Shown here one piece after another: positions 25,578-39,199 of a stretch of 64,000 bases of DNA. Position 1 is the stretch's first letter. Each line of letters begins with the position of its first letter. Position numbers and translations under genes: made by a program. This DNA comes from Octopus sinensis (taxonomy: Eukaryota), in contig NC_042998.1 in the NCBI RefSeq assembly GCF_006345805.1, positions 10,974,001 through 11,038,000 on the forward strand, given 5' to 3'. Below the pieces are notes generated by a model that was not told the origin of the DNA, searched no databases, and worked only from the letters and a program-made list of their open reading frames with translations.

Positions 25578-26099
25578 CAAACTCTCACACACATATATGA
25601 GTGTGTGTGTGTATGTGTGTGCATACTTGTGTTTTAGCAAAGTGAAGAAAAGTGAGTTTTATTGAGTACTCACCGTACAAATCGCCTGTCCCAGTTTCTA
25701 ATCACCGATATTCAAATCATTGTTAAACCTGAAACCTAACATTTGTTATATAGAAGAACACAATACAAATGTTTAACTATCATATGGCGGTGCCCCAGCA
25801 TGGCCACAGCTCATGAACTGAAACTAGAATCAATCAATCAATCATATCACATTGTTGATACCCTTCTCTATTTTTCAAACGACGATAGATTCCCTTTATT
25901 CAGTATTATCCATCCACCACTGGTCATGGTATTCAAATATTTTCGCTTTTTGTTTATTATATGCCAAGTTTAACACTTCATGATTTATAAATATTCAAGG
26001 ATTGTGTGAGCAGACATAGTAGATAGTATTAAATGAATTGATTTCATGTAATTTGAAGAATATAAAACGTTTCAGGTGTTAAACATATGTGTATATATA

Positions 26100-26350
26100 C
26101 ACCGCCGGAACTTCTTGTTGACAAACAACAGCGGTAATTGTATTCACCTCAATAGACGTCATTGATTGGTTGAAATTGCCGAAATACGAGAAATTTAACA
26201 ACAAATAGCTTACAAACTACAGAAATTTCTCAAGAACGCCAAGTGAAAAAGATGTTTTATGTGACACATTCTATCAGTATACGAAGTTTAAAAGTGTTTA
26301 GTTGCAAAAAACTATTTTTGAAATCTGCCGGTCATAGTGAAAAGATCCCT
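26100..26350 (-). repeat. Copy of the GGATCTTTTC-terminus repeat
   Basis: GACACATTCTATCAGTATACGAAGTTT matches the reverse complement of ~13205-13230. Ends GAAAAGATCCCT. Confidence 0.6.
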
Positions 26351-26579
26351 TTCGGCTACCAAATAAACTTTATTTTCATTTACATACTTTCTACGTTTTC
26401 TCAACAACCAGCTATAATTATTTAGGAGACACTGTTCTACAACGACCAGGTTTCATTAGAAAGCGTAAATGGTTTCACACTTTCAATTTGAACGAAAATC
26501 ACAAAGTGTTGCATTACGAGCGTGAAAATGCATGAATAATGAAATCTGTATTATAATAAAGAAAGCAGCTTATCATTTG

Positions 26580-26583
26580 TCTT

Positions 26584-26666
<83 letters not shown>

Positions 26667-26884
26667 ATAGATATATATATACATATATATATATATATTA
26701 TATATATACATATATATACATATATATTATATACATATATATATATACATATATATATACATATATATATATATACATATATATATATACATATATATAT
26801 ACATATATATTATATACATATATATACATATATATATATACATATATATATATATATTACATATATATATACATATATATATAC

Positions 26885-26933
<49 letters not shown>

Positions 26934-27100
26934 CATATATATATATACATAAATATATACATATATATATATACACATATATATATTACATATATATATA
27001 TATATATATACATACACACACGCACACACACACACCACACACCACACACACACACACACACACACCACACACACACACACATATATATATATATACATAT
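26580..27100. repeat. Compound microsatellite (TATC)n(TA)n(CA)n
   Basis: Directly visible. Confidence 0.95.
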
Positions 27101-27732
27101 GAAGGCTAGCAAATAAACTATGCTTTTACTACTAAAATAACCTCGGAAACGAGGTCGGGTCCCAAAATTTTGAGGTCATTTTCGGGCAATATTTCGATTC
27201 GTTTCTAATTTTTCACTTTCGTCCGATGTTTCACGCATGCAAAGAATTCTACTCCGACAAACATTTATGAAAACGTACACTTATTAATATTGTATCAAAT
27301 AAGCCACGATCAAAGAATTTCATTAAAAGACATCCATTTCTCTATATGCTATGAGGAAATACAGTAACTCTCTCTCAATCTCACTCTCACATGCACACGC
27401 ACAGATACATACAAGAAATATGTATGCACATATATTTATGTACGTGTATATGAAAGACAATGTGGGTGTGTGTGCGTCAGAGAGAGAGATGGAGAAAGAG
27501 AGTTCCACTTACACATATATGTAAAACAATACATACCTAACAACACACACCTTCACTCGGTTACTCTCTCTCTCTCACGCAGAAGCACATACACACACGT
27601 ACATACATTTCTTACTTTCTCCTTTCTCATTTTTTCTCTCACTTCAAAGCAAATGATGAGTGCCGAGGTCAATTTTATCTGAGAACGTAAAGACGGAAGA
27701 AATGCCGCTAAACATATTATCCGGTGTGCCGA

Positions 27733-29272
27733 GGAATGTAACGTGTTTCCTGAAGAGAAATATGGTGGGATGGAAAACTAAACCGACGACTTACTGAAGA
27801 AACTTGGGCACCCTGGATATCGGAAGAGGGTTTTTCCAAGTTGACAGCTTATCTCCGTTGCTTTTCGTTCTCTGCATGACACCTTTGACCTTGGTACTCA
27901 GGAAAATGAATCCAGGATACCAACTAAAAGAAAAATCCCAAAGAATCAATCACCTCTTCATGGATGATTCGAAACTGTATGGCAAAGATGAGACACAAGC
28001 GAGTTTTTGGTGACACGGTCCTCTGTTTTAGTATTGATATTAGAATGGAATTTGGACTCAATAAGTGCAAAATAATCTACCTAAAAAGAGGCAAGGTTCC
28101 TAGCAAGGGTAGTATTACTGAATGGAGACTTGATTGAGTAAATAAATACGGAAGGATAGACATACCTTGGTGTACTAGAGTGCAACGAGATAATGGAAAA
28201 CAAAATGAAAAAACAATGGAGGATAAAGTATTTCCGAAGACTGAGGTTGGTGCTGCGCTCAAAATTGACTGGATGGAATAAAATTCAAGCAGTTAATACG
28301 TGGGTGATAGCATTTCTTCAATATGGAGCGGGAACTATGAAATGGCCAAAGAGAGAAATGCATAAAATGGATACCAAGACTAGAAAAAAATGTTGATAGT
28401 ACACGGAGCCTTCCACCCTTAGAGTGACACCGATAGGCTGTACTTGTTCAGAAGAAAGGGTGGGAGGGGGTTTGATCGGTTGCCAAGATTGTATCGAAAC
28501 AGAGGAAAACAGCTTAGGGTGGTATGTAAAAAATAGCGTGAAGTCATAGTTGAAACATGTGAAGAAGTCCGGCGTCAAAAAAATTGATAATTGTGCAAAG
28601 AAAAAACTTAAAGGAAAAGAGCACAAAAAAAAAAGAAACAGCATGGAAGGAAAAAAATGTCCGGTCAACTTGGAAAAGATACAAATGCCAAGACAGAAAC
28701 AGAAAACCGGAGAAAGAGTGACCTGAAGATAGAGACAGAAGCACTTAAATGCGAAGCATAAAAGCAAGCGTGGAGGACTAATTATGAGAAGTGTAGAATA
28801 GATAACACTACTGACAGCGGCAAATGCAGAATATGTGCTGAGAAGGGTGAAATGGTATGGCACAACGTTGGTGAATGCTCGAAATTGGCACAACGTGACT
28901 CCAAAGACCGCATGACAATGTGACAAGAAACCTGCATTGGGAGCTCTGTGAAAATCCCAACCTACAAAGAACATAGGCGTGGTACGACCATACTCCAGGT
29001 GTAACTGAGCATGAAGATTGCAAAATCTTGTGGGATGCAATGATCCAGTGCGATCACCTGACGAAACATCGGAAATCGGACGTTGATGTGGTGAATAAAA
29101 ATGAAAGAATCTGCATGATAATCGATGAAGCATAACTCGGTGACAACAGGATCAAAGAGAAAGAAGTAAAACTGAACAACTTTGGTGATTTTAAGTCGGA
29201 GATACGAAGGTTGTGGTCAATGAAGAGAGTAGATGTGATACCAGTAGTAACTGGTGCACTTGGAAGTCTCAG
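27733..29272 (+). mobile_element. Decayed R4/Dong-like non-LTR retrotransposon (RT, CCHC, restriction-like endonuclease)
   Basis: RGFFQVDSLSPLLFVLCMTPL, INHLFMDDSKLY, NKIQAVNTW, RRKGGRGL, CRIC..H....C, RHDNV, KILWD, VIPVVTGALG. Many stops. Confidence 0.9.
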
Positions 29273-29410
29273 CAATTTAAAGTATAACTGTTTTTATTAT
29301 AACATAAACACACACACAAACATATGTATATGTGTATGAATGTATGTCTATGTATATATGAATGTAACTGCATGTGCATATGTATGTGTAAGTGTGCATA
29401 TATATGTGTT

Positions 29411-29452
<42 letters not shown>

Positions 29453-29940
29453 CATACACACACAAAGAAATATAGATAGAGATAAGTAGTGAGAGAGAAA
29501 AATATTTCTATTTTCAAATGTGTTTTGCTAATGTATATGTTACATGTATATTAAATTACTACATAATAGGCTTTACTTTATGTAAAGACCACTCCGTGTT
29601 TTACATCATTTAAATGAATTGAGAAATTTATTAATTAATATTTGTGCATATATATATATATATGTAGTATGTACACATCTGTAAAGATGTATATGTATGT
29701 TTGCGAGTGTTTATACATACATATATACATACATGTGACATTTGTATGAATACATCTATATATTATTAAATTTAGATGTATTTTTATCTCGTAATGTCTA
29801 AACTAGGATTGATAGGTAAATATTTCTTTAAAAAGTGCGCAAATTCGTTGTAAACATACATAAGAAGAATATAAAAGTAAAACACATACGCACAGATAAA
29901 TACCAGCACGACCACGTGCAGACAATAACATACACACAAA

Positions 29941-29976
<36 letters not shown>

Positions 29977-30019
29977 CAATAATAATTCTCTAAATGAGAT
30001 ATAGACAGTGACTGCTCCG

Positions 30020-30219
30020 TAATATAAGGGATATTAGCCAACCGAATATGGCTAGGAACAGGGCAGGGTAGTGGGGGTGTCACTGTTGCATTTAGCCCCA
30101 GGCGAACATCAACGTCAGGCCTATCTGGTGACATTGATGTTCGCCTGGGGCTAAATGCAACAGTGACACCCCCACCACCCTGCCCTGTCCCTAGCCATAT
30201 TCGGTTGGCTAATATCCCT

Positions 30220-30226
<7 letters not shown>
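30020..30226. repeat. Near-perfect fold-back (98 bp arms, 11 nt spacer)
   Basis: 30020-30117 is the reverse complement of 30129-30226 with about 3 mismatches. Confidence 0.95.
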
Positions 30227-30264
<38 letters not shown>

Positions 30265-30289
30265 ATAATATATATATATATATATAATA

Positions 30290-30566
30290 CTGTTTGTATG
30301 TATGTTTGTATTTATGTATGTATGTATTATGTATGTATGTATGTATGTATGTATGTATGTATGTATGTATGTATGTATGTATGTATGTATGGTTGTATGT
30401 ATGCATGTACGTATGTATGTAAGTATGTATGTATGTATGTATGTTGGTATGTGTGTATGTATGTATGTACGTATGTATGTATGTATGTATGTATGTTTGT
30501 ATGTATGTATGTATGTATGTTGGTATGTATGCATGTATGTATGTATGTATGTATGTACGTATGTAC
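30290..30566. repeat. (ATGT)n microsatellite
   Basis: Directly visible. Confidence 0.95.
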
Positions 30567-30885
30567 TTAAGAGTCATCTTCGTAGTCATAAAGCGAGACA
30601 GATGAGTGACAACCTGGCCACTGGTGGTGGTGTAACACACCATACTAATCATATCTGTCGGGCATGTGGAAGAGAGTGTAATTCGGCAGGAGGACTTAAA
30701 CGACATGCAAAGGTACATGAAGCCCAGTTACAACTACAGCCGGCTATTACCGGTAAAGGTTTTAGTTACCAATTCTGTACAAGACATTGTAGATCATTAG
30801 CTGGGCTAAAAAGTCGCATTCAATCACAGCACCAGTTAAGCTTCGTGCAATGGCCATACTCGATAACGAGGGGGCAGCCATAATA
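30562..30885 (+). mobile_element. 3' end of an RTE LINE with C2H2 zinc fingers
   Basis: LKSHLRSH, HICRACGRECNSAGGLKRHAKVH and FCTRHCRSLAGLKSRI, then the RTE-type tail GGCCATACTCGATAACGAGGGGGCAGCCATAAT. Confidence 0.8.
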
Positions 30886-31186
30886 TACTAATATATCGAC
30901 ATTAGAGTACACTATGCAAAATGATTGAGATATTAACTCTAAACAAGTTGTTCAGTATATGTAGCTCTAAATAGAAATATTGCTGGAGGTTTTATGAGTT
31001 TCCGTCAGTGCCCAGGGTCCTCACGGATCTAGAGGCCCAGTTCTGATATACATATGCTGTGGTTTATTGTTAATAAATAAATAATATAAGGATCAGTGAA
31101 ATGAATTTATCCGGGAGCCTACAGAACTGCTAGGCGGCTGTAGTTTCCGTCGATAGTTACTGTAATTCTCTTAAGAAGAGCTGGTA

Positions 31187-31390
31187 AGGTGGTGAGCTGG
31201 CAGAATCGTTAGCTCGCCAGACGAAATGCTGTTTAGTATTTCTTCTGGCTTCACGTTCTTAGTCCAAATTCTATCGAGGTCGATTTTGCCTTTCATTTTC
31301 TCGGAGTCGATGATATAAGTACAAGCTGAGCACTGGGTCAATGTAATCGACTTAATCCTCCCACCAAATCGCTGTCCTTGTGCTGAAATA
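31187..31390 (+). mobile_element. Degenerate SINE family B
   Basis: AGGTGGTGAGCTGGCAGAATCGTTAGC...GAGGTCGATTTTGCCTTTCAT. Confidence 0.8.
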
Positions 31391-32006
31391 GGTAAGTAGA
31401 CTAAGAAATACTAGATCTAGTTGTCATGCGATTTTTTTTTTCGTGAAGCTATTGTGTGTAATGTATTTTATAGAAATCATCTTTATCTAAAGAGAAGTCA
31501 AACAAACAAACACTAATTTCTGCCGATTCCGAATGAGGGGACATAATTTCAGGTAATGAGAAAGAAACATTGATACAATACGTTATGAAGAAAAATGCCG
31601 TTTTGAATTTGTCCCTTTATCCGAAGGAAAGGGAATGGTTTGGGATGCGTGTTTTTTTTTTCCTAATTAGGCATCATCAATACAATTTCGTCCTACCATA
31701 ACTCCAGCCAAATAAAAGGCTTAAACATTTAGGAGAAGAACAGAAGTCATTTATGTCCTTGAGGAATTTGATGAATTTGAATAGCAATGACGATGAAATT
31801 ATATAAATAACTTGGAATATAGACTTTTACTAATATCATCTTCACTTCGAGAGAAGATAAACAAAAACATAGTGACGACACTAATCTTAGATTCGGTTGA
31901 GAACTTGTTGAACTGTTTCTTGGCGCGGTGTAGGAAGGCTTTTACAAACTCCCTTTGTATATATCGCTGGTAATCATCAGAAAGATCTAAATTGTTCAGT
32001 TTCATT

Positions 32007-32399
32007 TCTATATAAAAGTGAAGTTGTGTGCTGTCTGTCTCCTACGATTTAGATTCCTAACTACTCCCACATTTTGCGGTGCAGTTTAACCAAACCCGGG
32101 TATCTTATAGTCGTGATTCATATCGAGCCCTTCTGGGTATTAGCGCGCGTCTACGATGAGTCTACGAATTAAAAAAAAAAATTACCATCAATTTTTCCCA
32201 TTTTTAATGCATTTGCGGCATATATAAGGGAAGTAACTCTCTAAAAATTTATTATTAAATCTCAGAACGTAAAAAGCTACAGTAACACCCCTCCTTTGTG
32301 GTTAGCCATATTGAGATGGCTATTATACTTTACATCTCTAAAAATGCTTATATAGTTATTTCCCTTACAAACCCGAGCAACGCCGGGCGATACTGCTAG
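32007..32399 (+). mobile_element. Non-autonomous Helitron
   Basis: 5' TCTATATAAAA, subterminal hairpin CCCGAGCAACGCCGGG, 3' CTAG followed by T. Confidence 0.8.
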
Positions 32400-32830
32400 T
32401 ACCCTATAAATGCTGGGTGTTGTACTTAAATAAGGAAAAAAACCAGCTGAATAAGATTTTCTTCACTCATTATAATTATCAATATTTTAACATGATCATG
32501 CTCATATGGGTGTACGCGTTGTGGTGTTACCTGAAATGTGATCATAGGCGTTCTAACCATGGCCACAACGTACTTCAGTCGGGAGTTGAGTATCTCGGAT
32601 TAAATTAGCTGATGCCCCCCCCCCCCATTTCCAAGAAGTTAGGATAATGTAGAGGACATTAGCAGTTTTAGAGATTATGTAGTCCCCTTCGTTGATATGT
32701 GGCTACATGTACAAGTTGATACACAGACACGCGCGTGCGTACACACATGTATATACACAATACATATATCTATATGTATATACATACATACATACATACA
32801 TACATACATACATACATACATACATACATA

Positions 32831-33371
32831 ATAGTCTTAGACTATTTTATCTTTCTCACTAGACCGCTAGTAGCAGAAAATAGAATTTTTTTGCTACCCT
32901 GATATTTATTAATTAATGATTTTTTAGCTAATTTTGAAATTAAATCAGCAGTTAATATTTGCTACTGAGAAAACTGCGCGGTAGCGGTGGATTTTGAAAA
33001 TTTAGAGCATATTGGCTTGAGGCTTCCTTGCTGTAGCCTCGAGGACATATTCTCGTCCTAGGCTTCTCTGCTGATGAGACACGCCAGTTGTAAGCAAATT
33101 TAATTTGATTGATTTGGTTACCAAAGTTTGTCGAAACAATGCATAGTCCAGAGATGAAAAGGGGTAAATGTTTTTATTTCTCTTCCAATTTCAGAATTAC
33201 AACTATTTAGCGGTTTGAGTTTGGCTGCTCTTTCTAGTGAGTCGAATGGCCTATCAGGGCCATTCCTATATTGTTGAATGTATATTATATAGTCTTTGAC
33301 TACTTTCTCTTTCTCACTAGACCGCTGGCAGCGGAAAAAAATTTTTCTAGAATTTTTTTGCTACCCTGATA
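32831..33371 (+). mobile_element. 458 bp HHR-bearing monomer with a ~75-80 bp terminal direct repeat (retrozyme or non-autonomous Penelope-like)
   Basis: 32831-32904 is repeated at 33289-33371. HHR at 33066-33153. Microsatellites on both sides. Confidence 0.8.
33066..33153 (+). ncRNA. Type I hammerhead ribozyme, canonical core
   Basis: CTCTG-CTGATGA-GACA..(47 nt)..TGTC-GAAA-C-AATGCATA-GTC-CAGAG. Confidence 0.88.
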
Positions 33372-33375
33372 CATA

Positions 33376-33446
<71 letters not shown>

Positions 33447-35079
33447 ATGCACTCGCTAAATAAATTCTGCCCCCTTTGAATAATTGAATATACATTATGC
33501 AAGCAATTTTATTTAATGGAAAGCACATTACGTTACTGGTTCATGACCTAATGTACCGTTAATGTTGTTATTAATGAAAACTTACAATTCTCGTGAAATA
33601 ATCTGTAGTTTCATTACACATATATCGCTTTCAATAAAATTTTATATTAATTTCTAAATACTGAAACATACATATGTTCCTGAAAAATCATTTAGACTAA
33701 TTCATTACTAGTACAACAGTATATCAAATATTATTTCATGTCAAGTTATACTAATAGCGATTTCTTTCAGTTGATTTTTCTTGATATTTCACCCTGAAAG
33801 TGTAGCTATCATCCGTTTAATTCTGGGTAAATTACATGCGATGCATGGCAGATAATTGCGGGCTCGAAATGAGATCAACAGGGCTATAGCAATATCTCTT
33901 CGTTACACTTGTTTCTTAATTGCTAATGGAATATCATCGAGCAAGTGCAAAAGCTTATCAATGCTGCAGCGAGCTAGTTTCTGAGACGAATGCTGAGGAT
34001 CAAATAGCAAACGTCGAAGTCTTGGTTATATATGCTTCTTAGTTGCAGAAAGTAATGAGCTCTCAGTGCATCATGGAACATCATCAAACAAGTATAAATG
34101 CTTAAATGCTGCTGAGAAGTAGTTCCTCAGGCGAATCAAATAACAAAACGTCAAATTATTTACAGACATAGAAGCCACCAAAATCTTCTCAACTACATAA
34201 GGAGGTAAGAGACTAAGTTTAATAAACGTATGAGAAAAAAATTGGAGAAATGAAAATAAGTCGGGGAAAACAGAAAAAATAACCCATGGACTTACCCGCT
34301 GACTGTAGAAAGGCTGACATGACTTTTTCAGTAGGTGGATGATAGATGGGCTGGAGGTCTTCATTGAGAAAACCTATAGACACCACACTCGAAAGACGAT
34401 GAACAAATACCCTCAGACAAAAGATTTCAAGGCCTTGAATGCAGGAGATATTGGTGACTGTCCAGACACATGATTACCTTCCTAATACTGCCTTACATTG
34501 CATCATACTGCACTAATACACGTAACAAACGGAACATTTTCAACATCATTCGATCTGTTAGGAACGACAGCCAATCTTCCTTAAATTGCTTCCCTTCTCC
34601 TTACAAACTATGGGACAGACACGGATTAATCTGTTAAAGTGAGTATTATGTAATCAATGATACTTCACAAAGCAATACTTTACTCAACTAATAAACAATG
34701 CATCTTAAAATGAAGGATGAAAAAAATACATTTTATCAAGGTTGTCTTTTCTAAATATTTCAACAACATCAATCCAATAAATAAGTTTTAACATGATCAT
34801 CTATGAGGTCGCTCGACCAACTGTTTTGCACTCGTATTACCCGCTCATGTCTTAAAAAAAAGATAAGCTATCGAATATTTGAATACACTAAGCCGCCCAT
34901 CACTTGCAAGTACGTATGGCTGGTAGCTTGTTTTACGCTTTCGCTAGTTGTTTTAAATGTCTAAGTTGTCGCGAGCAGACAAATAATTTTGAGCCAGAGG
35001 ATGTGAGAGAGATGGAGCTAAACTAGCAGATAGTTTTTATACATTTTCAGCTTAGTATACTAGATCAACATAAAATATA

Positions 35080-35173
35080 GCGCCTTGCTCAAGGTGACAA
35101 TGTGCCGCCTGGTCCAGGAATCAAACCTACGAGCTTATGATCGTAAGATAACAACTTAACTACCGGACCACAC
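35080..35173 (-). mobile_element. tRNA-derived SINE head fragment
   Basis: Minus strand: GTGTGGTCCGGTAGTTAAG...GGTTTGATTCCTGGACCAGGCGG...CCTTGAGCAAGGC. Confidence 0.6.
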
Positions 35174-37189
35174 AACTTCATAAGAGTCCTAGATGCAATG
35201 AAAAGCAAAATAATCAAATATCGAAATTTTAGTGGCTGAAAGGCCGCTGATCGCAGGTTACCTAGGTCAGAGTTAAGATGGGTGCATGCAGCAAAAAAAC
35301 AAGTCTTTGCAGTGACAATAAACATCTAGGTTATATAAAGAATCATTGACTGAAAGGAAAAAAAAAATAATGTTATTTTTAGTATAGAGTGTGCTGTATC
35401 AAGTATGATGTGATGCAGAATGCCAAACATTAAAATTGGAACGGTGTGAAGGTTATACTTGACTTTTGTTTGAATGGAAAATAGGAGGAAGGTGTCAATG
35501 ACCTCCTTAGTATGTCTTAAACAGACACGGAAGTTTACATGACAGAATGCCTGATCTGACTGCTCGCAATAGAGTTAGAAACCGTCAAAGGTCATCTAAA
35601 AGTTCAGAGTGTGTTCTTGATTCAGAGAAACGTGTTTTATGTCTGACATCATAATCCAGATGTTTTGAAAGAACCATTGAGTTTTGTTCTAGTTACAAAT
35701 ACTACAGAATTGTCGATTAATATGTTGTTGTTTACCCACAGATCTGACTCGATCGAGCATATCTATGAATAAAGATGTTCCAGCCGTGACAATCTCGTTT
35801 TATTTTAATATCTAGGAAAACCTTTTCTAAGGAGTTCTTGTATTTTTAAGACGATTAAGTTGAAAGCAATTGGGCTGCTATTTGTGACCGGTCGACCTAA
35901 AATATAGATGCTGTTGTTATTGTTTAACCTTGTTTCTGAAGAGGTCTATGAATAAACGCTTTCAAACCATGGCAGGCCCTCTTATACCAATATCGAAAAG
36001 TACACCTTTTACAAACCCTATGTTATTAATTAAGGGTGAATTCGTTGCCATTTCTAGTAGGTCGAATGACCACATAGAACCGGGGTCCATATAACTCTTG
36101 GGGGGCCCGCATTAGATTTTAATGCTGAACTTCAGTAAACTGGATATACTTCTACAATAAAATATTTTAACAGTCTTTTTATACACTTCCTAATAATATT
36201 TAATTATAAAAATATGTCTTTTTAAACAACACATAGCTATTGGGGTTTAGTAGAATAAAACGGGAATCAAAGAGACCCATAGGTGTACAAATGGTTTAGA
36301 ATCACTGACATAGAAGAACTTTCGTATGTTAGACCACGCATTATTAAACTTCTTTAATGAAATTTTGATATGTTTTCTCTATACATAAAGTTAATTCCAA
36401 CAGGGGTAACAAGTAATTAGCTAAATCCATTTAGAACATAATTTTAATCACTTTATCCCCACAGAAGAATATTTGTTATTTTTCTCACGATTAGCGTTAA
36501 CAAAATCATAAAATTGTTTTTCTTATAAAGTAGTAACACAATTTTATGCATACTTTTCATGGTCCCTTCTGTACACTGTATACATTAACTTGTATGAGGA
36601 TTTGTGCACGGAAAGCAAGAGGAAATGTTTTATCTAATATTTTAATTTTCAAGCTGCTTTTAATATCTTTATTTAAACGTACATTTACAACGGTTTTCAC
36701 TCTTAATATATATTTATTAAATAATATATATTTATAACAAATAATGCTATTTCAAGATTTAGGAAGAGCCGCAGTTTTTATAAATCAGCCCGTTCAGATT
36801 TTACTTACTACATTTGTGTTTGTATTATTTATCATAAACAAATTTAAGTACTTTTGAAAATCTTCCAATTTAAAATATTCCCCATCCGAGTTCCAAACAT
36901 CCAAAATTAGAACGATTTATTCTAGGCAATATAGGTGTTTTTATATTGTCTTCAAACTGCGCCGCCTGCTGAGGATTTCAATTTATAGTAAAATATTCTG
37001 AACCGTAAAAAGAAAATAATTCTCTTTCGCTTCCCAAATGGTAAAAAAATTTTAAACGAGTTCTATTTTTATTGTTTTTTTTATAGTGATCCTAGTTTTG
37101 TTTTGTTTTTTTGTATAGAATTAATAAATGCAGTCGTAAATTGGCGTAGTTCATCTCCTACGTTATTTTATTTTAAAAAGTCTTTTCTA

Positions 37190-38455
37190 ACAGGTCATCC
37201 CGTAAGTTCTGTCCGATCTTACCTTTTCTAAAACTGAATGAAATTTAATGGTGTTTTAGAATGTCTAATGGAATTAAAATAATTTTTATGCATTCGTGTA
37301 CATTTAAACTAATTAAATATTATTTTACAGAATAAAAGAATTAAAATTTCTTTCATTAAAACCCTTTCTAACATGGAAGTATCCAAAGAGCATTCGAGGC
37401 ACATAATGCTTTATGAGAACAAAAAGGAAACTCTGAGCCGAAGCGACTCGAAACATGAATTCAGTTTAAGGGAAAGAATGCTTGAATGAAAGAACTTGCA
37501 GTAGATGGTTTGCAAAATTCAGAAGTGGAGATTTCAGCCTTGAAGATGAAGATCGAAAAGGACGTGCACTTGAGTTTGATGATAAGCTCCTTGAGGCATT
37601 ACTTGAAGAAAATTTTGCATTATCAGTTGACGAATTGGCAATAAAGCTTAGTTTAAACCATACAATTGTTCATTGTCATCTTCAACAAGTTGGAAAGGTT
37701 CATGAACTTGGAAAATGGGTGCCTCATGAATTGTCCGAATGCAACCGCGAATCCCGAGTTGACATCTGCTCTTCTCTCCATTCTCGCCGACTCATTTCAC
37801 ACTTTTTGGATAGACTTGTGACTGGTGACGAAAAAAGGGTCTTCTATCGAAATGTTAAACGTCGTAAGCAGTGGCTTGGTAAAAGGGAAAAAGCTCAACC
37901 ACATAGGAAAAAGGTTCTTCTCTCTATCTGGTGAGATTGCAAAGGAGTAATTCGCTTTGAATTGTTACCACCTAATGCAACAATCAATACTCAAGTCTAC
38001 TGTCAGCAATTAGAGCTTTTGAACCAAGCTTTGAAGAAAAAAAGACCTGGTTTAGTGAATCGAAATGGAGTGATGTTTAATCAGGACAATGTGCGGCTCC
38101 ACACTGCAAAGATCACATCACAGAAGATCGGAGAGCTTGGTTGGGAAAAACTTCCTCATACAGCTTATTCTCCCGACCTTGCTCCTTCAGACTATCATTT
38201 GTTTCGTAGTTTACAGAATCATTTGGGGGACATAACTTTCGCAAGTCAGGAGGAGGTCGAAACTGACATTTCAGAGTTCTTCGCTTTGAAACCAAAATAG
38301 TTTTATATTGATGGGATTAAAAAGCTTGTAATTAGATGGAAGGAAGTAATAGATAATCCAGGAAAGTACATTGATGATTAAATTTCAATTAAATATAACA
38401 TTTGATCACTTGTTTTCTTTATTCAAAATTCGAACAGAACTTATGGAAACCGGAT
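37190..38455 (+). mobile_element. Near full-length mariner (D,D34D-type) with pseudogenised transposase (37373-38381)
   Basis: WVPHEL, LVTGDEK, QDNVRLHT and YSPDLAPSDYHLFRSL motifs. Imperfect TIRs CCCGTAAGTTCTGTCCGA / TCGAACAGAACTTATGG. In-frame stops and a frameshift. Confidence 0.95.
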
Positions 38456-39066
38456 ATATAGCATATGGTATGGTTGCAATCGATTTCAAATGTGATCAAT
38501 TCGACAACATCTCCAAGAAATGGCACATCTTAGTATTCGCTAATATTTTAAGTGTGTAAATCTAATATTAAGTGATATTTAAATTTATTGTGTTTTTGCT
38601 TTTTATTTTATTTCGCTAAATCAGTATCCGTCGCTCTTTTTCTAATCTTTTTCAGTTCATTGGTAGTTAGCGCAAATTCATTTGCTTTTTATTTCTTAGG
38701 ATTAGAAATTTGATTATCCTTACTAATACTAGCATAAAATGATATTACGCATATGTCTCAAAATTAATTTGAATTAAACTATTAATTACAAATTTTGTTG
38801 ATTTGCTTTCACTATAATATTACTTTGAATTCTAATGAATGTAACCCTGAAAATAAAATCTTTATAAAATAAAAATTTCTTCAGACATTATATCAAAATA
38901 CCGCTACCTTGATTTTGTAGAAAAAAAACTACTTTGTTCCAGATTTCTTTAATAATATTCATTGCAAACGAAAATTTTCCATGTTGAAATTAATTTCATT
39001 AACCGATACTTCGTGATAGGTATTTGTAGAGGCAGCCGAAGAGGCAACCCGTCGTACACACACACA

Positions 39067-39133
<67 letters not shown>

Positions 39134-39199
39134 ACACACACATGTATATTTGAGATGTGTTCGAATCTCCATATATAAAGAAATGTATAAAACCTCGTA

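Noticed and set aside
30562-30883. Host C2H2 zinc-finger gene
   Set aside because: The fingers are followed directly by an RTE-type 3' terminus and lack TGEKP linkers, which fits a LINE C-terminus.
34000-34470. Possible very old RTE C-terminal remnant
   Set aside because: Only faint motif resemblance (FLRRI, DDRW), too decayed to call.
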